DNA of 64,000 nucleotides from Escherichia coli (GTDB lineage Bacteria; Pseudomonadota; Gammaproteobacteria; Enterobacterales; Enterobacteriaceae): NCBI RefSeq assembly GCF_002854065.1, contig NZ_CP024147.1; one strand, 5' to 3'. Shown piece by piece: positions 57,808 to 64,000 of this stretch (position 1 is its first letter; each line of letters starts with the position of its first letter). The notes under the pieces were generated by a model. It saw only the letters and a program-made list of their open reading frames with translations, ran no database searches and was not told where the DNA came from. The position numbers and the translations under genes were made by a program.

Positions 57808-57841
57808 GCCGGATGCGGCGCGAGCGCCTTATCCGGCCTAC
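57808..57841. repeat. REP element
   Basis: gccggatgcggcgcgagcgccttatccggcctac between osmF and bglX. Confidence 0.5.
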
Positions 57842-57915
57842 AAAGGGCGAAAATTCAGCAAGTTAAGATATGAACATCAGGCAAAGGGCGCAAACGTCGC
57901 GCCCTTACTAAAGCA

Positions 57916-60213
57916 TTACAGCAACTCAAACTCGCCTTTCTTAACGCGTGCGGAATCAGTGCCGATAAAGACATTGAACTTGCCAGGCTCGGCGTCATAT
58001 TTCATCTGTTGATTCCAGAACTTCAGCGCCTCGATATCAATCGGGAAGCTGACGGTCTGAGTTTCGCCCGGCTTCAGCGTGATTTTCTCAAAGCCTTTAA
58101 GCTGCTTCACCGGACGACTCATGGAAGCCGTCACATCCTGCAAATACATCTGAATCACCGTGGCCCCCTCGCGCTTACCGGTGTTCGTCACCTGCACGCT
58201 GGCGGTCACTTTGCCGTCACGCTTCATGGTCGGCGCAGAAAGTTTCACATCAGAGACGGTGAAAGTGGTATAGCTCAGCCCATAGCCGAACGGATAAAGC
58301 GCCCCGTTAGCTTCATCAAAATAACGCGAAGTGTATTTGTTCGGCTTATCGGCATTATACGGACGCCCGGTATTCAGATGGCTGTAGTACACCGGGATCT
58401 GCCCGACAGAACGCGGAAAGGACATCGGCAGCTTGCCGGACGGGTTGTAATCGCCAAACAATACATCGGCAATCGCATTACCGCCTTCAGTCCCGGCAAA
58501 CCAGGTTTCCAGAATCGCATCAGCTTGCTGATCTTCTTTCACCAGCGCCAGCGGACGCCCGTTCATCAGCACCAGCACCAGCGGTTTGCCGGTGGCTTTC
58601 AGGGCGGCAATCAAATCACGCTGGCTTTGCGGAATAGTGATATCGGTACGGCTGGAGGCTTCGTGCGCCATCCCCTGGGCTTCACCGACCACAGCCACCA
58701 CCACATCAGACTGTTTCGCCGTCTGCACCGCTTCATCAATCATCTCTTGCGGCGAGCGCGGATCGACTTTGACCGCTTCTTCATACTGATTCAGGAAATC
58801 GATAATGCCTTTGTCACTGGTAACGTTCGCCCCTTTGGCATACAGCACTTTACCGTTTTCACCGACGGCATTTTTAATCCCTGTTAGCACAGTAACAGAT
58901 TGATCGGCGACACCGGCTGCGGACCAGCTGCCCATCACGTCACGTTTACTGTCCGCCAGTGGCCCAACCACCGCAATGGTGGCCGATTTTTTCAGCGGTA
59001 ACGTTTCGAGACGGTTTTTCAGCAACACCAGGCTTTCACGCGCCACTTCACGCGCTTCTTTACGGTGCAGGCGGCTTTCGGCATTGGTATCCATCGGGTC
59101 AGACTCTTTCGGACCGAGATGGCTGTATGGGTCGTTAAACAACCCCATATCATATTTAACGTTCAGTACATGGCGGGCAGCATCGTCCAGCTCTGCCATC
59201 GTCACTTTGCCGGATTTGATCAACCCAGGCAGATACTTCGAGTAGTACTCGTCGCTCATGCTCATGTTGATTCCGGATTTCAGCGCCACGCGCACCGCAT
59301 CTTCCGGGTCTGCCGCCGTGCCATGTTTAATCAGTTCTTTGATTGCACCATGATCGGAAACGGTGATGCCTTTAAAGCCCCACTGGTCGCGCAGAACATC
59401 TTTCAGCAGCCAGGAGTCGGAGGTGGCTGGCGTGCCGTTGAGTGAGTTCAGCGCCACCATTACCGCACCGCTGCCTGCGTCCAGCCCCGCTTTGTACGGC
59501 GGCATATAATCATTAAACAGGCGCTGCGGACTCATATCGACGGTGTTGTACTCTTTACCGCCTTCTACCGCACCGTATGCGGCAAAGTGTTTGACGCTGG
59601 TCATCACCGAGTAGCGATCTGCCGGGCTTTTACCCTGCATCGCTTCCACCATGGTTTTACCCATTATTGAGGTGAGATACGTATCTTCGCCAAAACCTTC
59701 GGAAGCACGTCCCCAGCGCGGATCGCGCGAGACATCGACCATCGGTGCCCAGGTCATATTCAGGCCATCATCTGCCGCTTCATAAGCAGAGACACGTCCG
59801 ACCGTTTTCACTGCATCGAGGTTAAAAGACGAGGCCAGACTGAGGCTAATCGGGAACACCGTGCGCTGACCGTGCAGCACGTCGTAAGCAAAGAAAAGAG
59901 GAATTTTCAGGCGGCTTAATTCCATCACCTGATCCTGCATGGCGCGGATATCCTGACGGGTTACGGTGTTGAAAATCGCCCCAACCTGACCGTCTTTGAT
60001 CATCTCGCGGATCGCCTCTTTCGGGTTATCCGGGCCGACGCTGATTAAGCGCAGCTGACCAATTTTCTCATCAACTGTCATTTTCTTAAGCAGTTCGGTG
60101 ACGAACGCATCCCGCGCTTCAGGCGTTAATGGATGGTTACCGAATAAATCATCCGCCAGTGCTGGCTGCAGGGCCAGACTCACCGCGATTCCTACTGAAC
60201 ATAGCCATTTCAT
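57916..60213 (-). CDS. bglX: Periplasmic beta-glucosidase (GH3)
   Basis: ORF 57916..60285; start at MKWLCSVGIAVSLALQPALA (signal peptide) gives ~765 aa; GH3 catalytic region. Confidence 0.9.
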   Translation of the reverse strand: MKWLCSVGIAVSLALQPALADDLFGNHPLTPEARDAFVTELLKKMTVDEKIGQLRLISVGPDNPKEAIREMIKDGQVGAIFNTVTRQDIRAMQDQVMELSRLKIPLFFAYDVLHGQRTVFPISLSLASSFNLDAVKTVGRVSAYEAADDGLNMTWAPMVDVSRDPRWGRASEGFGEDTYLTSIMGKTMVEAMQGKSPADRYSVMTSVKHFAAYGAVEGGKEYNTVDMSPQRLFNDYMPPYKAGLDAGSGAVMVALNSLNGTPATSDSWLLKDVLRDQWGFKGITVSDHGAIKELIKHGTAADPEDAVRVALKSGINMSMSDEYYSKYLPGLIKSGKVTMAELDDAARHVLNVKYDMGLFNDPYSHLGPKESDPMDTNAESRLHRKEAREVARESLVLLKNRLETLPLKKSATIAVVGPLADSKRDVMGSWSAAGVADQSVTVLTGIKNAVGENGKVLYAKGANVTSDKGIIDFLNQYEEAVKVDPRSPQEMIDEAVQTAKQSDVVVAVVGEAQGMAHEASSRTDITIPQSQRDLIAALKATGKPLVLVLMNGRPLALVKEDQQADAILETWFAGTEGGNAIADVLFGDYNPSGKLPMSFPRSVGQIPVYYSHLNTGRPYNADKPNKYTSRYFDEANGALYPFGYGLSYTTFTVSDVKLSAPTMKRDGKVTASVQVTNTGKREGATVIQMYLQDVTASMSRPVKQLKGFEKITLKPGETQTVSFPIDIEALKFWNQQMKYDAEPGKFNVFIGTDSARVKKGEFELL

Positions 60214-60408
60214 ATGGATTTTTCTTCCTTTGTTGCCCGACGTGGCAGCGAAAATGGTGCAAAAACCGTAGTTTGCCATAAGCATGATGGAGAGAGAAAA
60301 AGAATGCTCAGTTTATTGTCTGAATTTTCAAAATATTCACTCGCTGAATTGTCATACAAGGCGCTATTCTAGTTTGTGATATTTTTTCGCCACCACAAGG
60401 AGTGGAAA

Positions 60409-62124
60409 ATGTCTTCCATGACAACAACTGATAATAAAGCCTTTTTGAATGAACTTGCCCGTCTGGTCGGTCATTCACACCTGCTCACCGATCCCGCAAA
60501 AACGGCCCGCTATCGCAAGGGCTTCCGTTCTGGTCAGGGCGACGCGCTGGCTGTCGTTTTCCCTGGCTCACTACTGGAATTGTGGCGGGTGCTGAAAGCC
60601 TGCGTCACCGCCGACAAAATTATTCTGATGCAGGCTGCCAATACAGGCCTGACCGAAGGATCGACGCCAAACGGTAACGATTATGATCGCGATATCGTGA
60701 TCATCAGCACCCTGCGTCTCGACAAGCTGCACGTTCTCGGCAAGGGCGAACAGGTGCTGGCCTATCCGGGCACCACGCTTTATTCGCTGGAAAAAGCCCT
60801 CAAACCGCTGGGACGCGAACCGCACTCGGTGATTGGATCATCGTGCATTGGCGCATCGGTTATCGGCGGTATCTGTAATAACTCTGGTGGTTCGCTGGTG
60901 CAGCGTGGCCCGGCGTATACCGAAATGTCGTTATTCGCGCGTATAAATGAAGATGGCAAACTGACGCTGGTGAACCATCTGGGGATTGATCTGGGCGAAA
61001 CGCCGGAGCAGATCCTTAGCAAGCTGGATGACGATCGCATCAAAGATGACGATGTGCGTCACGATGGTCGTCACGCCCACGATTATGACTATGTCCACCG
61101 CGTTCGTGATATTGAAGCCGACACGCCCGCACGTTATAACGCCGATCCGGATCGGTTATTTGAATCTTCTGGTTGCGCCGGGAAGCTGGCCGTCTTTGCA
61201 GTACGTCTTGATACCTTCGAAGCGGAAAAAAATCAGCAGGTGTTTTATATCGGCACCAACCAGCCGGAAGTGCTGACCGAAATCCGCCGTCATATTCTGG
61301 CTAACTTCGAAAATCTGCCGGTTGCCGGGGAATATATGCACCGGGATATCTACGATATTGCGGAAAAATACGGCAAAGACACCTTCCTGATGATTGATAA
61401 GTTAGGCACCGATAAGATGCCGTTCTTCTTTAATCTCAAGGGACGCACCGATGCGATGCTGGAGAAAGTGAAATTCTTCCGTCCGCATTTTACTGACCGT
61501 GCGATGCAAAAATTCGGTCACCTGTTCCCCAGCCATTTACCGCCGCGCATGAAAAAATGGCGCGATAAATACGAGCATCATCTGCTGTTAAAAATGGCGG
61601 GCGATGGCGTGGGCGAAGCCAAATCGTGGCTGGTGGATTATTTCAAACAGGCCGAAGGCGATTTCTTTGTCTGTACGCCGGAGGAAGGCAGCAAAGCGTT
61701 TTTACACCGTTTCGCCGCTGCGGGCGCAGCAATTCGTTATCAGGCGGTGCATTCCGATGAAGTCGAAGACATTCTGGCGCTGGATATCGCTCTGCGGCGT
61801 AACGACACCGAGTGGTATGAGCATTTACCGCCGGAGATCGACAGCCAGCTGGTGCACAAGCTCTATTACGGCCATTTTATGTGCTATGTCTTCCATCAGG
61901 ATTACATCGTTAAAAAAGGCGTGGATGTGCATGCGTTGAAAGAACAGATGCTGGAGCTGCTACAGCAGCGCGGCGCGCAATACCCTGCCGAACATAACGT
62001 CGGTCATTTGTATAAAGCACCGGAGACGTTGCAGAAGTTTTATCGCGAGAACGATCCGACCAACAGTATGAATCCGGGGATCGGTAAAACCAGTAAGCGG
62101 AAAAACTGGCAGGAAGTGGAGTAA
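60409..62124 (+). CDS. dld: FAD-dependent D-lactate dehydrogenase (membrane-associated)
   Basis: ORF 60376..62124; start at ATG 60409 (MSSMTTTDNKAF…) preceded by aaggag; 571 aa. Confidence 0.9.
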   Translation: MSSMTTTDNKAFLNELARLVGHSHLLTDPAKTARYRKGFRSGQGDALAVVFPGSLLELWRVLKACVTADKIILMQAANTGLTEGSTPNGNDYDRDIVIISTLRLDKLHVLGKGEQVLAYPGTTLYSLEKALKPLGREPHSVIGSSCIGASVIGGICNNSGGSLVQRGPAYTEMSLFARINEDGKLTLVNHLGIDLGETPEQILSKLDDDRIKDDDVRHDGRHAHDYDYVHRVRDIEADTPARYNADPDRLFESSGCAGKLAVFAVRLDTFEAEKNQQVFYIGTNQPEVLTEIRRHILANFENLPVAGEYMHRDIYDIAEKYGKDTFLMIDKLGTDKMPFFFNLKGRTDAMLEKVKFFRPHFTDRAMQKFGHLFPSHLPPRMKKWRDKYEHHLLLKMAGDGVGEAKSWLVDYFKQAEGDFFVCTPEEGSKAFLHRFAAAGAAIRYQAVHSDEVEDILALDIALRRNDTEWYEHLPPEIDSQLVHKLYYGHFMCYVFHQDYIVKKGVDVHALKEQMLELLQQRGAQYPAEHNVGHLYKAPETLQKFYRENDPTNSMNPGIGKTSKRKNWQEVE

Positions 62125-62126
62125 AA

Positions 62127-62158
62127 ATTACGGATGGCAGAGTATCGCCATCCGTAAT
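62127..62158. terminator. Hairpin between convergent dld and pbpG (bidirectional terminator)
   Basis: attacggatggc…gccatccgtaat perfect inverted repeat. Confidence 0.5.
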
Positions 62159-62162
62159 TCAC

Positions 62163-63095
62163 TTAATCGTTCTGTGCCGTCTGCCCCGCCGCCGCCATTT
62201 GGGCGGCTTTTTGTTTTTTATAGCTCAACGCTGCTGCCGGAACAGGCATCACTTTACCGGTTTCAATCCAGGTTCGCAGGCGGCTGGCATCGGCAAAATG
62301 GGTATATTTGCCAAACGCATCCATCACTACCAGCGCCACCGGTTTATTATTGATAACCGTACGCATCACCAGACAATGGCCCGCCGCATTGGTAAAGCCG
62401 GTTTTGGTTAGCTGGATATTCCAGTTATCGCGATACACCAGATGATTAGTATTGCGGAACGGCAGCGTATACGTCGGGTTAGAGAAGGTTGCCATATCTT
62501 CCCGGGTGGTACTTAACTGCCCGATCAACGGATATTGTTTGCTGGCAATGAGCAGTTTGGTTAAGTCACGGGCGGTTGAAACGTTATGCACCGACAATCC
62601 GGTCGGTTCAACAAAGCGCGTGTTGTTCATTCCGAGCGATTTCGCTTTCGCATTCATCGCCTTAATAAAGGCTTTGTAACCACCGGGATAATGGTGCGCA
62701 AGGCTTGCCGCCGCGCGGTTTTCTGAAGACATCAACGCCAGCAACAGCATATCTTTACGGCTGATTTCGCTGTTCAGTCGTACGCGCGAATAGACCCCTT
62801 TCATCTCCGGCGTCTGGCTGATATCCACTTTTAGTTTTTCATCCAGCGGCAGTCGTGCATCCAGCACGACCATCGCAGTCATTAATTTGCTGATAGACGC
62901 AATCGGACGCACCAGATCCGGGTGGTTCGAATAGATCACTTTGTTGGTATTCAGATCAACAATCATCGCGCTACCGGAGGCAATTTCCGGTTGTGAAGCG
63001 GTGGTAGCGGCTGCCGTTTTCGCAACGGCCTGCGGTGCAAAAGGCACAGCCAGCATCAGGGTCAGGCTAAATAAAGAAACTCGAAATTTCGGCAT
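62163..63095 (-). CDS. pbpG: D-alanyl-D-alanine endopeptidase PBP7
   Basis: ORF 62163..63104; start likely [11 protein letters not shown]…; SxxK active site (ASISKLMTA), S11 peptidase family. Confidence 0.85.
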   Translation of the reverse strand: MPKFRVSLFSLTLMLAVPFAPQAVAKTAAATTASQPEIASGSAMIVDLNTNKVIYSNHPDLVRPIASISKLMTAMVVLDARLPLDEKLKVDISQTPEMKGVYSRVRLNSEISRKDMLLLALMSSENRAAASLAHHYPGGYKAFIKAMNAKAKSLGMNNTRFVEPTGLSVHNVSTARDLTKLLIASKQYPLIGQLSTTREDMATFSNPTYTLPFRNTNHLVYRDNWNIQLTKTGFTNAAGHCLVMRTVINNKPVALVVMDAFGKYTHFADASRLRTWIETGKVMPVPAAALSYKKQKAAQMAAAGQTAQND

Positions 63096-63268
63096 GATGA
63101 GCATTCAGATAGTGGTTCACGCGCACGGGTTGCGCACCGCCGGAGTAAGGATTTACTGAGGCTAGCGACGCCATCATAACGAGCAAAAAGTGCGATCGTC
63201 AAAGGAGAATCGTGAGGAAATGCTGCATTGCTGACATTTACGCCAGCAATGCAACGTCAAAGAACTTT

Positions 63269-63856
63269 CTAGAACAAACGATAACCGTAGCCCCATAGTA
63301 TAACGGTAAGGGCGAGCAGCACTTCCAGTACCAGCACGCCAATCGCCAGCGTCGAACTGGAGAAGCTAAGGCCTTCCTCTTTGTTGATATTCAGGAAGCT
63401 CGGAATACCAAGGTAAAGCAGGTAACCGGTGTAAAACAGTGCCACCGTGCCGACCAGCGCACACAACCAGACCAGCGGATAAAGCGCCACCAGACCGCTT
63501 AAAAACAGCGGAGTTGCAACGTAGCCCGCGAAGACCATGCAGTGCGCAAGTGACGGACGCTGCGGGTAATTGCGCGCCATCCACCAGATGACCCGCCCCA
63601 TCACCGCAACCCCAGCCAGCATAACGCCGTAAAACAAGACAGCCAGCGCCAGTCCGGTAAACCAGGATAACTTCAGGATAGTGCCATCGCCAAAATTCCA
63701 GCCAATCTGTGTAGTGCCAATGAAGGCGCAAATCACCGGAATCGCCGCCATCAGCAAAACGTGGTGGGTGTAATGGTGAGAAATCGTTTCGTTTTCGCGA
63801 TTAATCACCTGCATTTCACGATCGGGATGGGAAAACAGTCCCCAGACATGGCTCAT
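63269..63856 (-). CDS. yohC: Yip1-family inner membrane protein YohC
   Basis: ORF 63269..63880; probable start at MSHVWGLFSHP… (~195 aa); multiple TM helices. Confidence 0.8.
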   Translation of the reverse strand: MSHVWGLFSHPDREMQVINRENETISHHYTHHVLLMAAIPVICAFIGTTQIGWNFGDGTILKLSWFTGLALAVLFYGVMLAGVAVMGRVIWWMARNYPQRPSLAHCMVFAGYVATPLFLSGLVALYPLVWLCALVGTVALFYTGYLLYLGIPSFLNINKEEGLSFSSSTLAIGVLVLEVLLALTVILWGYGYRLF

Positions 63857-64000
63857 ACCGCCCCCTTGTTGTGAGTTCATGAACCTGACAGTTCAAGTAT
63901 AAGTCAGCTTGTGATTATTTTTTGTTCGCCCATGTAATTTGCACCGTCTGATGTACGTCCTTTTTCAGCGTGAATGATTCACAGGGTGTATGCTTACAGG

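Overview
This window is an Enterobacteriaceae chromosomal segment that follows the Escherichia/Shigella gene order from yegH to yohC. I did not find a convincing novel multi-gene system; the most unusual content is a small toxin-antitoxin islet and several IS-associated lesions. All comparisons with E. coli K-12 are from memory, not from an alignment.

Gene order, left to right:
- yegH, asmA, dcd, udk, a disrupted yegE/dgcE, alkA, yegD
- an Ibs/Sib type I toxin-antitoxin locus, then mdtABCD-baeSR and yegP
- a ParD/ParE-like type II toxin-antitoxin pair
- yegQ, the CyaR sRNA, yegR, yegS
- the galactitol operon (gatR, gatD, gatC, gatB, then gatA and gatZ broken by an IS5, gatY), fbaB
- yegTUV, yegW, yegX, thiD-thiM with its TPP riboswitch, rcnR-rcnA-rcnB
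- IS1, mrp, metG, IS1
- yehR, yehS, btsR-btsS, mlrA, yohO, yehW-yehX-yehY-osmF, bglX, dld, pbpG, yohC

Main points of interest:
- The ParDE-like pair sits between yegP and yegQ, where I recall no gene in K-12, and is bracketed by an imperfect direct repeat.
- yegE/dgcE carries an in-frame amber codon, appears to lack its C-terminal EAL domain, and overlaps alkA tail-to-tail.
- An IS5 with an adjacent deletion truncates both gatZ and gatA.
- Two near-identical, directly oriented IS1 copies bracket mrp-metG, with no target-site duplications and truncated gene remnants on their outer sides.
- The left ~11 kb may be more diverged from K-12 than the rest, but this is a weak, memory-based impression.

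No CRISPR array, tRNA or rRNA gene was found.
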